Counted from the first letter of the stretch, positions 8,845 to 20,671 are shown. The stretch: DNA of 41,912 nt from an uncultured Collinsella sp. (GCA_900752425.1 CAADVE010000115.1:1-41912); one strand, 5' to 3'. Translations and numbers: made by a program. Notes: generated by a model not told the origin, from the sequence alone.

Positions 8845-11586
8845 TTACTCGTCGAGGAGATCTTCTGGCATGTCGTTGCCGTCGCCTAGATCGACAGGGG
8901 TTTCTTCGGAAGCAGAGCCGTTTTCTGTGGCTTCGCCTTCGGGCTTTTCCTTGGCTGCCGTCATGCGGGCGACAGCGCATACGCGGTCGTTGTCGTCGAC
9001 GGTCATCATCTTGACGCCCTGGGTGGCGCGGCCGGTCTGGCTGATCTCGTCGGTCTTGACGCGAATGACCGTCGCGCCCTCCGTCACGATGAACAGCTCG
9101 TGCTGTGGGCCCACCGTCTTCATGGCCGCAAGGTTACCCTTACGCTCGGTCATTTGGATGGTGTAGACGCCCTGGCCGCCGCGATTCTGCTCCGGGTAGT
9201 CCGCGACCGGCGTGCGCTTGCCGTAGCCGCGCTCGGTGATGACGAACAGATCGCCGTTGCCGTTAGTGACTTCCATGCCCAGAACGCTCACGCCGTCCTT
9301 CATACCAATACCGCGAACGCCGCTGGTATCGCGGCCGGTGGCGCGCACCTGCTCCTCGGAGAACATGATCGCCTTGCCCGCGGTGGTGGCCAGGATAATC
9401 TTGTCGCCCTCGCGCACGCGGCGCACGTTCAGCAGCGCGTCGTCGTCACGCAGGTTGATAGCGATCAGGCCGTCACGACGGCTGCGGTCATACGCACTCA
9501 TCACGGTCTTCTTGACCATGCCGCTCTTGGTGGCAAACATCAGGTACTCGTCGGCTGGGAACTCGCGGCAGCTGATGACGCTCGCGATCTTCTCGCCCTC
9601 CTCGAAGGGCAGCAGGTTGACGATCGCGGTACCGCGCGCCTGGCGCGTACCCACCGGCAGCTCGTGCACCTTCAGGCGATAGACCTTGCCCTTGCTCGAG
9701 AAGAACAGCACGTACTCGTGCGTGGATGCGATGAACATCTCATCGATAACGTCGTCCTCTTTGAGGTTGACGCCCGACACGCCCTTGCCACCGCGCTTTT
9801 GGGCACGGTAGGCGGCCACCGGGATACGCTTAACGTAGCCGGTGTGGGTGATGGTCACGACCATATCCTCGTCGGCGATGAGGTCCTCGACATCCAGGTC
9901 CTTCTCAACCTGGCTGATCTCGGTGCGGCGCTTGTCGCCGAACTTCTTGGAGATCTCGCGCATCTCTTCCTTGATGACGCCCAGGATCTTCTCCTCATGC
10001 GCCAGCAGGTCCTCGTAGTAGGCGATGGCGCGGCGCAGGCCGTCCAACTCTTCCTGAATCTTGTCGCGCTCCAGGCCGGTCAGGCGGCGCAACTTCATCT
10101 CGAGGATGGCCGTGGTCTGCTCGGGCGTAAAGCCAAAGCGCTCGATCAAGCGGCTGCTGGCCTCGGAGTCGGTCTGCGAGGAGCGGATGATGCTAATGAC
10201 CTCGTCGATATGGTCGAGAGCCATAAGATAACCCTCGAGGATATGCGCGCGGGCTTGGGCCTTCTTAAGGTCGAAGCGGGTGCGGCGAGTGACGACGTCG
10301 ACCTGGTGGTCGATGTAGTGCTGCAGCATCTCACGCAGGCTCAGGCATTTGGGAACGCCGTTGACGAGCGCCAGGTTGTTGGCGCCAAAGGTCGTCTGCA
10401 GCGAGGTGTACTTATACAGGTTGTTGAGCACGACCTGCGGAATGACGCCCTTCTTGAGCTCGATAACCAGACGGATGCCCTTCTGGTTGGACTCATCGCG
10501 CATATCCGAGATACCCTCGATGCGCTTGTCGTTGACAAGCTGGGCGATCTTCTCCTGCAGGGTGCCCTTGTTGACCATGTAGGGAATCTCGGTAAAGACC
10601 AGGCGGCTGCGGCCGGTCTTGGTGGACTCCACGTGTGCCTTGGCACGCACGGTAATGGAGCCGCGGCCGGTCTCGTAGCTCTGCTTAATGCCGGCGCTGC
10701 CCATGATGATGGCGCCGGTGGGGAAGTCCGGACCGGGCATGATCTGCATGAGCTCGTCGACGGTGGCGTCGGGGTTGTCGATCAGGTAGCAGGTGGCCTC
10801 AATCGCCTCGGTGAGGTTGTGCGGGGCGATGTTGGTGGCCATGCCGACGGCGATGCCCTGGCTGCCGTTGACCAGCAGGTTGGGGAAGCGCGCAGGCAGC
10901 GCCACGGGCTCGGCGAGCGATTCGTCGTAGTTGGGCTGCCAGTCGACGGTATCCTTCTGCAGGTCGCGCAGCAGTTCCATGGCGGGCTTTGCCAGGCGGC
11001 TCTCGGTGTAACGCATGGCTGCCGCGCCGTCGCCGTCGATGTTACCGAAGTTGCCATGACCGTCGATGAGCGGCGTGCGCATGGAGAACCACTGTGCCAG
11101 GCGGACCATGGCCTCGTAGACCGCAGAGTCACCGTGCGGGTGGTACTTACCGATAACTTCGCCGACCGTCCACGCCGACTTCTTGTGCGGGCGGTTGGGG
11201 TAGATGCCGCTCTCGTTCATCGCGTACAGGATGCGGCGGTGCACCGGCTTTAAGCCGTCGCGCACGTCCGGCAGGGCGCGCGCCGTGATGACCGACATCG
11301 AATACTCGATAAACGACTGCTTCATCTCGCGACCGAACTCCGAAATCTGGAGCTGGCCGCCGTTGATATCCTCGCCGGCCGAGGCGCCACGGTCGACTTC
11401 GCCAAAACTCTCCTCGAGCTCGCCGTCGTCATCCTCTTCCTCGTCATCATCGACATCGGGGGTATAGGCGTCCGGGTCGCCGTCCTCGCCCTGCTCAGCA
11501 CGGGCAAGCAGGCGCTTCAGATCGTCGGGCATGCCGGCATCGCCGGCCTCGTCCATACCCCCGTTATTGTTGATATCGTCTGCCAC
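8845..11586 (-). CDS. gyrA: DNA gyrase subunit A
   Basis: [33 protein letters not shown], GyrA-box QKRGGKG. GTG start with RBS GAGGAGG. Confidence 0.97.
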   Translation of the reverse strand: MADDINNNGGMDEAGDAGMPDDLKRLLARAEQGEDGDPDAYTPDVDDDEEEDDDGELEESFGEVDRGASAGEDINGGQLQISEFGREMKQSFIEYSMSVITARALPDVRDGLKPVHRRILYAMNESGIYPNRPHKKSAWTVGEVIGKYHPHGDSAVYEAMVRLAQWFSMRTPLIDGHGNFGNIDGDGAAAMRYTESRLAKPAMELLRDLQKDTVDWQPNYDESLAEPVALPARFPNLLVNGSQGIAVGMATNIAPHNLTEAIEATCYLIDNPDATVDELMQIMPGPDFPTGAIIMGSAGIKQSYETGRGSITVRAKAHVESTKTGRSRLVFTEIPYMVNKGTLQEKIAQLVNDKRIEGISDMRDESNQKGIRLVIELKKGVIPQVVLNNLYKYTSLQTTFGANNLALVNGVPKCLSLREMLQHYIDHQVDVVTRRTRFDLKKAQARAHILEGYLMALDHIDEVISIIRSSQTDSEASSRLIERFGFTPEQTTAILEMKLRRLTGLERDKIQEELDGLRRAIAYYEDLLAHEEKILGVIKEEMREISKKFGDKRRTEISQVEKDLDVEDLIADEDMVVTITHTGYVKRIPVAAYRAQKRGGKGVSGVNLKEDDVIDEMFIASTHEYVLFFSSKGKVYRLKVHELPVGTRQARGTAIVNLLPFEEGEKIASVISCREFPADEYLMFATKSGMVKKTVMSAYDRSRRDGLIAINLRDDDALLNVRRVREGDKIILATTAGKAIMFSEEQVRATGRDTSGVRGIGMKDGVSVLGMEVTNGNGDLFVITERGYGKRTPVADYPEQNRGGQGVYTIQMTERKGNLAAMKTVGPQHELFIVTEGATVIRVKTDEISQTGRATQGVKMMTVDDNDRVCAVARMTAAKEKPEGEATENGSASEETPVDLGDGNDMPEDLLDE

Positions 11587-11597
11587 GTTACCTCCTC

Positions 11598-13670
<2,073 letters not shown>

Positions 13671-13731
13671 TTATCGTAAAAAACCCCTCGGGAACGAGGG
13701 TATTTGGCTCTACAAGGCCACCAGATGCGAT

Positions 13732-14295
13732 TTAAGGCTCTTTTTTGCTTTGCACGCCCTTGGCCCACTCGGCGCTGGCTCTCATGGCGTTCTCGAGGGC
13801 CTCGCGCAGTTTTTGGTCTTCGATGGGCGCCACTTGGCACTCAATCTCGGCGCGCTCGGCCTCACTGAGGTCGGCGTGCGGAGCCGGCGGGCGCTCGGTC
13901 GTCGCCGGACGCAGGCGCTCCCTGGCGGCGGGCGGCGTGTGACCGGGCGCGGTGGTTTTGAACACCAGGCCATCCACATGCGCACCGGCGCGCTCCATGC
14001 GCGCGCGGATGATCTCGCGCAACAGCGTCATTTCCTGCGTCCACGAGGGCGAATCGAGATATACCAGCAGCTCATTGGACTCGGGCAGGTAGCGCAGGCC
14101 CGTCACATGCCGCCCCTCGCGCGTGCCCGAGCACACCGCGTTCCACGCGCGATAGACCGCGCGAGATTCCTCTGCAGCCTCCATCTGCGCGCGGCGCTCA
14201 GGCGTCGCGGCCGCCAGGATGCGCTGACGCTCTGCGTTCAAAAATCCACTGAAGGCGACCGTTTCGCTCTCGCGCTCGTAATTAGCACGTCTCAC
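13732..14295 (-). CDS. dciA: DciA / DUF721 family helicase loader
   Basis: Position between recF and gyrB. Motif VYRAWNAV..LLVYLDSPSWTQEMTLLREIIR. Confidence 0.7.
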   Translation of the reverse strand: MRRANYERESETVAFSGFLNAERQRILAAATPERRAQMEAAEESRAVYRAWNAVCSGTREGRHVTGLRYLPESNELLVYLDSPSWTQEMTLLREIIRARMERAGAHVDGLVFKTTAPGHTPPAARERLRPATTERPPAPHADLSEAERAEIECQVAPIEDQKLREALENAMRASAEWAKGVQSKKEP

Positions 14296-15388
14296 CCATG
14301 CTCACCACCTTGGCTCGATCAAGCAGGTCATCGGTAAAATACCCCAGGTTGGTCGTGGTTATGACCGTCTGGATATCATCGCCGATCAACCGCAAAAAAG
14401 CACCGCGGCGCTCGCCGTCGAGTTCGCTCATCACGTCATCCAAAAGCAGCAGCGGAGCGGTGCCCAGGACATCGCGAGCCACGGCCACCTCCGCCACCTT
14501 CCAGGCCAAAACCAACGTTCGCTGCTGACCTTGGCTGGCAAATGAACGGGCGGAGCGGCCCGCCACGGCAAACTCAATCTCATCGCGATGCGGTCCCACC
14601 AACGTCACGCCGCGGCGAATTTCCTCGTCGGCGCGCTCATCAAGGGCAGCCAGCATGCGCTCGTACGCCCAGCCCTTCAGCTCTTCGCGATCCTCGACCT
14701 GGGGCAAATCCCCCAGCGTGGACGTATAGGTCACGCTGGCAGCCTCGCCGGACGCCACTTGACCGTAGGCAGTGTGCACATGGCCCGCCAGCCGGTCGAG
14801 TAGGGCCAACCGGTGCACGAGCAGGGCCGAGCCCGCGCGGGCAATCGAATCGTTCCACGCGCCGAGCATCTCGCGGCAGCACCAGGTCTCCTTAAGCAGG
14901 GCGTTACGCTGGGTCACGCAGCGCCCATAGGTGCTCGCAAGATCGGCATAGCGTGCGCTCAGTTGCATGCCAAAGTCATCGAGGGCGGCGCGGCGCACAC
15001 TGGCGCCTCTCTTAACCATGTCCAGATGGTCGGGGCAAAACAGTACGCTCGGCAGAGCCCCGCGCACACCGGCGGCAGAGCACCTCTTGCCGTTGCGGCT
15101 AAACGAGCGCTTACCGTCCTCCACGCTCAATCCCATATCAAGCACGCGGCCGTCGCCCTCGAGCCTCAGCTCGACCTTGCACGAGCCCACGCCGTCATGG
15201 ACGAGCTCGGCTGCGGTCGGATGCCTAAACGAGGCGCCGCTCGTCAGCAGCTGCAGCGCCTCTATGAGATTGGTCTTTCCTGCCGCGTTGGGTCCCGCAA
15301 GTATCGTCACGCCCTCGTCCAGGGCAAGGCGATAGCTATCGAAGCTGCGGTAGTGCGCGACGGAAAGATCACGGGCGAACATGGTCAT
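14282..15388 (-). CDS. recF: DNA replication/repair protein RecF
   Basis: GPNAAGKTN, GPHRDE, ASQGQQRT, LLLDDVMSELD. Confidence 0.95.
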   Translation of the reverse strand: MTMFARDLSVAHYRSFDSYRLALDEGVTILAGPNAAGKTNLIEALQLLTSGASFRHPTAAELVHDGVGSCKVELRLEGDGRVLDMGLSVEDGKRSFSRNGKRCSAAGVRGALPSVLFCPDHLDMVKRGASVRRAALDDFGMQLSARYADLASTYGRCVTQRNALLKETWCCREMLGAWNDSIARAGSALLVHRLALLDRLAGHVHTAYGQVASGEAASVTYTSTLGDLPQVEDREELKGWAYERMLAALDERADEEIRRGVTLVGPHRDEIEFAVAGRSARSFASQGQQRTLVLAWKVAEVAVARDVLGTAPLLLLDDVMSELDGERRGAFLRLIGDDIQTVITTTNLGYFTDDLLDRAKVVSMGETC

Positions 15389-15397
15389 GGCGCAGCG

Positions 15398-16501
15398 CTA
15401 GATGCGGACCGGCATGACCAGGTACAGGTAGTTGATCTTGTCGTAGGACTTGAAGATACCCGCCTGCGAGTAGCTCTTGAGCTCCAGCGTGATCTCCTTC
15501 TCCTTGGACAGGGCGTTGAGGCAGCCGAAGATGTAGTGGTAGTTGAAGGCGATGGTACCCGACTCGCCCTCGGCCTCGACATCGATCGTCTCCTGCGCAA
15601 GGTCCTGGTCATTGGAAATGGAGGACAGGCCCATCTGCCCGTTCTCGACATCGATCTCGAACTTGACGGCGGGGTTGGCGCTCGCGATAACGGCCACGCG
15701 CTTGAGGGCGGCGTTAAAAGCGGCGACATCGATCTTGACGCTCGTCACGCACGAATCGGGGATGAGCTGCTTGTAGTTGGGATACATGCCCTCGATGCGG
15801 CGCGACACGTAGGTGGTGTTGCCGGCCTCGAAGACGACCTGGGTGTCGGTAGCCCCGATCATGATGGTCGCCTGGCTGGCCATGATGTTCAGCGCGTCGT
15901 TAAAGGCGTCAGCCGGAACGTTGAGCTCAAAGGAGCCCTCGAGGGTCGAGGTCTCGACCTGCGTATCGCACACGGCCAAGCGGAAGGAATCGGTCGCCAC
16001 CAGGCGCACGGTATTGTTCTCGACCTTCATGTGCACGCCGCCCAGGATGGGGCGGGCCTTGTCGGTCGAGGTGACGCGCCACACGCGACCGACCATTTCG
16101 GACAAGATATCGGTCGGCAGCTCCACGGCGCTCTCGATGGCATAGGCCGGAAACTCGGGGAAGTCATTGGCATCGAGCGTGTTCAGCCTAAAAGAGCTCT
16201 TCTCGCAACCAATCAGCACCTGGCGCTCGGACAGCTCAAAGGTGACCGGGGCATCGGGGAGGGTCTTGGTGATATTGGAGAGCATCTTACAGGGGATAAC
16301 CATCTCGCCCTCTTCTTCGACATGCGCCGCGATGCGATGACGGATCGAGATGGTGTAGTTAGAGGTCTGGAATTCCAAGATGCCGTCTTGGGCCTTGACG
16401 AGCACGCCCGACAGGATGGGAAGGGTGGATGCCGAAGCGACACCCTTCATAACGACGCCGATGGCTTGTGTAAGCGAGCTCTGGCTGACGGTGAACTTCA
16501 T
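15398..16501 (-). CDS. dnaN: DNA polymerase III beta clamp
   Basis: TLPILSGVL, RPILGGV, VATDSFRLA, YPNYKQLIP, YLVMPVR. Confidence 0.96.
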   Translation of the reverse strand: MKFTVSQSSLTQAIGVVMKGVASASTLPILSGVLVKAQDGILEFQTSNYTISIRHRIAAHVEEEGEMVIPCKMLSNITKTLPDAPVTFELSERQVLIGCEKSSFRLNTLDANDFPEFPAYAIESAVELPTDILSEMVGRVWRVTSTDKARPILGGVHMKVENNTVRLVATDSFRLAVCDTQVETSTLEGSFELNVPADAFNDALNIMASQATIMIGATDTQVVFEAGNTTYVSRRIEGMYPNYKQLIPDSCVTSVKIDVAAFNAALKRVAVIASANPAVKFEIDVENGQMGLSSISNDQDLAQETIDVEAEGESGTIAFNYHYIFGCLNALSKEKEITLELKSYSQAGIFKSYDKINYLYLVMPVRI

Positions 16502-16739
16502 CTTTTAATACCTTTCTATAGATATAAATATCTTAATAATAGTAATAGCACTGACGAAACTGTTGATTACTCCCAAAGACGCAGGTCAGACCCAGAAAGA
16601 GAATCGACAGCAACCTGTGTGCAACAGGGGTGGTTTTCCACGTTCAAAACCTGCGCAAAACTTTTCATCATCGCGGGTTGGGTTTTAGACACCTTATGCC
16701 CGTGGTTTCGACAAGTTTTCAACAGGTGTCTCTATTTCC
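16502..16739. other. oriC unwinding region (dnaA-dnaN intergenic)
   Basis: AT-rich DUE 16502-16548 with trinucleotide repeats TAA TAA TAG TAA TAG (16534-16548). Adjacent DnaA-box-like TAATCAACA on the - strand (16561-16569). Further boxes TTTTCCACG, GTTTCGACA and TTTTCAACA. Confidence 0.8.
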
Positions 16740-18464
16740 CTACGAGCGCAGTGTAATTTTATCGCGCAGCGACTTGAGGTCTTCGGTGACGGTGCGGTCT
16801 TCCTGGATCATCTTCTGGACCTTTTTGTAGCTCGTGCTGACGGTCGAGTGGTTGCGGTTGCCAAATTCGGCGCCCACCGCCGTGGTCGTCATTTCGCACA
16901 TCTCGATGGCCAGGTAGATAGCGATATGGCGTGCTTTGGCGATATTGGCGTTGCGACGCGGGCCGATGAGCTCCTCGTGTGTCACGCCGTACTGCTCTTC
17001 GATGACGGACTGAACCGTCTGGACGTTGATCTTTTTGGCCGATGTGTCGAAGTACTGGCTGGCGATGGCGTCGATATCGTCAAAGGTGAGCTCTCCGCCC
17101 TCGCGCTCGCGGTCGCCCGCCTCGCCGGCGCAGCGCTCGCAAAAGCTCTCGAGTTCGCGGATGTTGGTGCCCGAGACCTCGGCCATGTGTTTAAAGTGCT
17201 CGTCGGTCAGGTGCCCGCCGTCGCCCCCATAGGCCGCCAGCAGTGAGTCGTCGCCCGCCTCGGGAGCGGCGACGATGGTGTTCTCGTAATAGCGCTGCAA
17301 GATCTTGTATTTCATCTCGTAGCTGGGCTCTGCGACCAGGCAGAGCATTCCGGCGTTGAAGCGGCTGGTCAGACGCTCGTCCATGCTCAGGTCCTTGGGG
17401 GCGCGGTCTGCCGCGATGACGACCTTCTTGTTGTTGCGGATGAACTCGTCCATGAGCTGGAAAAAGTAGTCCACACTCGCGCGCTTGCCGATGATGTTTT
17501 GGATGTCATCGATGATGAGCACGTCCACGCCGTGGTACGCCTGCATGATGGGGGCGTTGCTCTTCTTTTGACGGTCGAACTCGGTCATCAGGTCGTCCAG
17601 ATATGCCTGGGAGTTGGCATACTTGACCTTGATCTCGGGCGACTTCTCGGCGAGCTCGTTTTTGATGGCGAGCAGCAGATGGGTCTTGCCCAGCCCCGAT
17701 TTGCCATAGATGAACAGGGATGTGCATGTGCCGCGCTCGTCCGCGAGGGCGGCAAACTTGAGTGCCGAGCGATAGGCATGGCTGTTCTCGGGGCCGTAGA
17801 CAAAGTTCTCAAAGGTAAATTTTGAGTTCGCGGCGAGCGGGGCTCCATCCGTATTCTGCTCGGCCGGCACGGTCGGTGCTGGCATGGGTGAAGCGGGGGC
17901 CGCAGCTTGCGTGGATTTAGTCGGCGCTCCGCCCTTCATCTGGTTCATCATGCGACGAAAATCGTCGGCCGAGAGCGTGTTCTTGATTGCAATGCCCGAA
18001 TCCGCGCCCGCCGCTGCGTCGTGAGCGATGGGCATGTGCGTGACGGGTGCGTTTGTTGACGTCGCCGCCGCGCTCGTCAACGGTGCCATTGTTTCACGGG
18101 AAACATCGCTGTGCTGGTGCTCGATTGTCGGCACGTCGCCTGCGGAGGCCGGCACCGCCGGGGAAGCAGCGGGAGCCGTGGCGGGCGCCGTCGCGGCAGC
18201 GGATTCCGTCGCGGCGCCTTGCGGTGCCACGATGTCGAGCGCAATCGGTGCAAAGGCGATTTCTTCCAGATAGGCCTCAATAGTCGGCTGATGCTTTTTG
18301 AGCTGCGCGATGGCAAAGCGCGAGGGGGCCTCGATCGTGAGCGTATCTTCGGTCAGGCTTATGGCGCGCGATTGCCCCAGCATGTTGATGAGGCGTGCAT
18401 CTTGGCCGTCGCGCTGACAAAAGGCGATGGCATCCCCCAGGATGATGCTTGCTTCCTCGTCCAC
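16740..18464 (-). CDS. dnaA: Chromosomal replication initiator DnaA
   Basis: FTFENFVYGPEN, Walker A GKSGLGKT, LIIDDIQ, RLTSRF, NIRELE, domain IV ARHIAIYL..FGNRNHSTV. Confidence 0.95.
   Translation of the reverse strand: MDEEASIILGDAIAFCQRDGQDARLINMLGQSRAISLTEDTLTIEAPSRFAIAQLKKHQPTIEAYLEEIAFAPIALDIVAPQGAATESAAATAPATAPAASPAVPASAGDVPTIEHQHSDVSRETMAPLTSAAATSTNAPVTHMPIAHDAAAGADSGIAIKNTLSADDFRRMMNQMKGGAPTKSTQAAAPASPMPAPTVPAEQNTDGAPLAANSKFTFENFVYGPENSHAYRSALKFAALADERGTCTSLFIYGKSGLGKTHLLLAIKNELAEKSPEIKVKYANSQAYLDDLMTEFDRQKKSNAPIMQAYHGVDVLIIDDIQNIIGKRASVDYFFQLMDEFIRNNKKVVIAADRAPKDLSMDERLTSRFNAGMLCLVAEPSYEMKYKILQRYYENTIVAAPEAGDDSLLAAYGGDGGHLTDEHFKHMAEVSGTNIRELESFCERCAGEAGDREREGGELTFDDIDAIASQYFDTSAKKINVQTVQSVIEEQYGVTHEELIGPRRNANIAKARHIAIYLAIEMCEMTTTAVGAEFGNRNHSTVSTSYKKVQKMIQEDRTVTEDLKSLRDKITLRS
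18090..18105. other. parS-like site inside dnaA
   Basis: TGTTTCACGGGAAACA, one mismatch to TGTTTCACGTGAAACA. Encodes VSRET in the domain II linker. Confidence 0.7.
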
Positions 18465-18479
18465 TGTCTCTCCCGTTCT

Positions 18480-19832
18480 TTAGCTCTGAGCTCGCACGCG
18501 AGCGGCGCCGAGTTCGGTCAGATGGTATTTCTGGCCATGCTTGATGACCAAGCCGGCCTGCGCCAAGTCATTGAGCGTGCGTGACCAAGTGGGGGCCGAG
18601 TTTCCAAACGTCCTCGCCAGATCGGTAGCACCGCACGCTTGATTTTGCGCCAGATAGCCCAGCGCGGCGTTGCCGCGATCGCTTACGAACACGTCCGGTT
18701 GTGGCTGCGCATACTGATTTGCTGCATTAGGATACATCATTTGAGCTGCTGGTTGTTGAGAACTCTGCATCGGCGGCATTTGCTGTTGAAAACTTTGAGG
18801 CCACTGTTGGTAAGGCTGTGGAGGCATCTGCTGGGTCCAAGGGTTGTACTGCTGCTGCGGCATCTGCTGGTACGGCTGCTGATATCCCTGCTGGTACTGC
18901 TGCGGGAACTGCTGGCCATACCCCAGTGGCGGCATCTGCTGATATGGATATCCCTGTTGGTACGGCTGATAGCCCATTTGCTGGCCACCCGGCGCCCCCG
19001 TCGCCTGCTGCATTGCTGCTGCATCCTGATCAGCCAGCGGCATGGCCTCTGGCATGTTTGGCGGCATCGACATAGATGCCGCCTGGGGTTCTTGTGTAGG
19101 AGGCATTCCGGGCTGCTGCATCTGTCCCACGGTGGGCTGCATCTGCTGCGCTGCCATGGGCTGCTGCGCAAAAGCTCCCGGCAGGGGATATGTGGGCTGC
19201 TCCGTCTCGGGCCGCACGGCAGCGCCGCGTCCGCCGGCACGCTCGATTTCCTGCACGCGTTTAGGGTTCAGGCTTACCGTAACCACGGTGCCGTTGCCCA
19301 TGTTGTCCTCGATGGATACGGCACCGCCGGCGTTTTCCAAATACTCCTGCACCATGGGAAACCCTGCTCCGGTTCCACGGATATAGCGCTTCATCTTGCT
19401 GTTTGCGCTGGTAACGCCAAAGTCGAAAGCACGTTCCTTGTCGTCGATGCCGGGTCCTTGGTCAGCAAAGCGGATGGTGTCTCCGCCGTCCAGAATCGAG
19501 ATGATGGGCTCGGCAAAGTGTGCGTGGATAAAGTTTTCGACAATCTCGCGGATGACCATGAGCGAGATATGGCCACCTTGTTCTTTCATGCACTGGTAGA
19601 CGGTGTTGGTCGTCTCTTCCAAATACGTGCGGACATCTTGCGGATCAATGACGATCACCCGCGGTGTCGACAGCATGTCGTCATAGACGGCGATGCGCGC
19701 GGCGTACATGGCTTTTGGCGCCTGCGTGGTCGTCTGCTCGCCTTCCGCACGCTCTTCGCGCACGCCGGTGATGTGCTCGTTGTCGGGTGCCGGGTCTCCG
19801 GAATCGACCATGGTGTAAAAGTCGTCAGACAT
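18480..19832 (-). CDS. GHKL (HATPase_c) ATP-binding protein with Q/P-rich linker and C-terminal winged helix
   Basis: N-box IREIVENFIHA, G1 DQGPG, F-box AFDFGVTS, G2 GTGAGF, G3 GNGTVVTV. C-terminal ALGYLAQ..GATDLARTFG..PTWSRTLNDLAQAGLV...YHLTELG. Confidence 0.85.
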   Translation of the reverse strand: MSDDFYTMVDSGDPAPDNEHITGVREERAEGEQTTTQAPKAMYAARIAVYDDMLSTPRVIVIDPQDVRTYLEETTNTVYQCMKEQGGHISLMVIREIVENFIHAHFAEPIISILDGGDTIRFADQGPGIDDKERAFDFGVTSANSKMKRYIRGTGAGFPMVQEYLENAGGAVSIEDNMGNGTVVTVSLNPKRVQEIERAGGRGAAVRPETEQPTYPLPGAFAQQPMAAQQMQPTVGQMQQPGMPPTQEPQAASMSMPPNMPEAMPLADQDAAAMQQATGAPGGQQMGYQPYQQGYPYQQMPPLGYGQQFPQQYQQGYQQPYQQMPQQQYNPWTQQMPPQPYQQWPQSFQQQMPPMQSSQQPAAQMMYPNAANQYAQPQPDVFVSDRGNAALGYLAQNQACGATDLARTFGNSAPTWSRTLNDLAQAGLVIKHGQKYHLTELGAARVRAQS

Positions 19833-19844
19833 GCCGCTCGCAAT

Positions 19845-19980
19845 CTTTCAAAAGGTTTCGAACAAATAGTAGCTCACCGTGCAACGTTTCTCATCTTTCG
19901 ACAACTTTTCAAAACTTGTTGAAAACTTTGGAAAACGGGCGAAAAGTTCTCAACATTGCCAACATGACCTGTTGAAAACT
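19845..19980. promoter_or_regulatory. Cluster of DnaA-box-like 9-mers upstream of the GHKL-dnaA unit
   Basis: CTTTCGACA 19895, TTTTCAAAA 19906, TGTTGAAAA 19917, TTTGGAAAA 19927, TTCTCAACA 19947, TTGCCAACA 19956, TGTTGAAAA 19970. Confidence 0.7.
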
Positions 19981-20075
19981 CGATGAAATATCGTGAAAGG
20001 TTGCCATGAGGCGCAAATTTCGGTTGTGCTTATGGGGGAACCGTGTGAACTGCGCAACCTTTTACCTTTGATTTC

Positions 20076-20105
20076 TTGACATTTGAACATTGATTTCCCT
20101 ACAAT
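20076..20105 (+). promoter_or_regulatory. Promoter of rpmH operon
   Basis: TTGACA-18 nt-TACAAT. Confidence 0.75.
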
Positions 20106-20177
20106 CTTCAAGCTCACGTGTCTATATCTGCGTCCGCGTTCCCGCGGACACTCGAAATGCAGCAGGAGGAACTTAAG

Positions 20178-20312
20178 ATGAAGCGTACGTATCAGCCTAA
20201 TAAGCGTAAGCGTGCCAAGACCCATGGCTTCCGTGCCCGTATGGCCACTAAGGGTGGTCGTGCCGTGCTCGCCCGTCGTCGCGCCAAGGGCCGCAAGCGT
20301 CTCACTGTCTAG
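20178..20312 (+). CDS. rpmH: 50S ribosomal protein L34
   Basis: [24 protein letters not shown]..., RBS AGGAGG. Confidence 0.98.
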   Translation: MKRTYQPNKRKRAKTHGFRARMATKGGRAVLARRRAKGRKRLTV

Positions 20313-20332
20313 CAGCGATACACACATCTCGC

Positions 20333-20671
20333 ATGAAGACTATTAAGTCTCGGCAAGATTTCGAGCATGTGTTCAGTCAGGGGCGTCGTTTCAATCACCC
20401 TCTGATTCGAATGACCATATGTGAATCGGTTGGCGAAGGCGACTCCGGAAGGGTCGCCTTCGTTGGTGCTAAGCGACTCGGTTGTGCCGTCGTGCGCAAC
20501 CGATCTAAGCGTGTGATGCGCGAGGCCGCCCGCAGCTGCGGATTTCCCGTTGCGGGTTATGACATCATCTTGTTTGCAACTCCCAAGACGAGGGTTTCCT
20601 CGCCGCAGGAGATGGACAAGGCGTTGCGTTCGCTTATGAAGCGCGCCGGCGTTGCCGGGGAGGAGCGATGA
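20333..20671 (+). CDS. rnpA: Ribonuclease P protein component
   Basis: [18 protein letters not shown] motif and position after rpmH. Confidence 0.93.
   Translation: MKTIKSRQDFEHVFSQGRRFNHPLIRMTICESVGEGDSGRVAFVGAKRLGCAVVRNRSKRVMREAARSCGFPVAGYDIILFATPKTRVSSPQEMDKALRSLMKRAGVAGEER

Noticed and set aside
8607..9014. Small + strand ORFs over the palindrome
   Set aside because: No RBS or motif. They span a terminator and are antisense to the end of gyrA.
11110..11145. Quinolone-resistance substitution in GyrA
   Set aside because: QRDR reads [10 protein letters not shown], retaining the Ser and acidic residues.
18480..19832. Two-component sensor histidine kinase
   Set aside because: No evident HisKA H-box, TM/sensor region or adjacent response regulator. 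Kept as a stand-alone GHKL protein.
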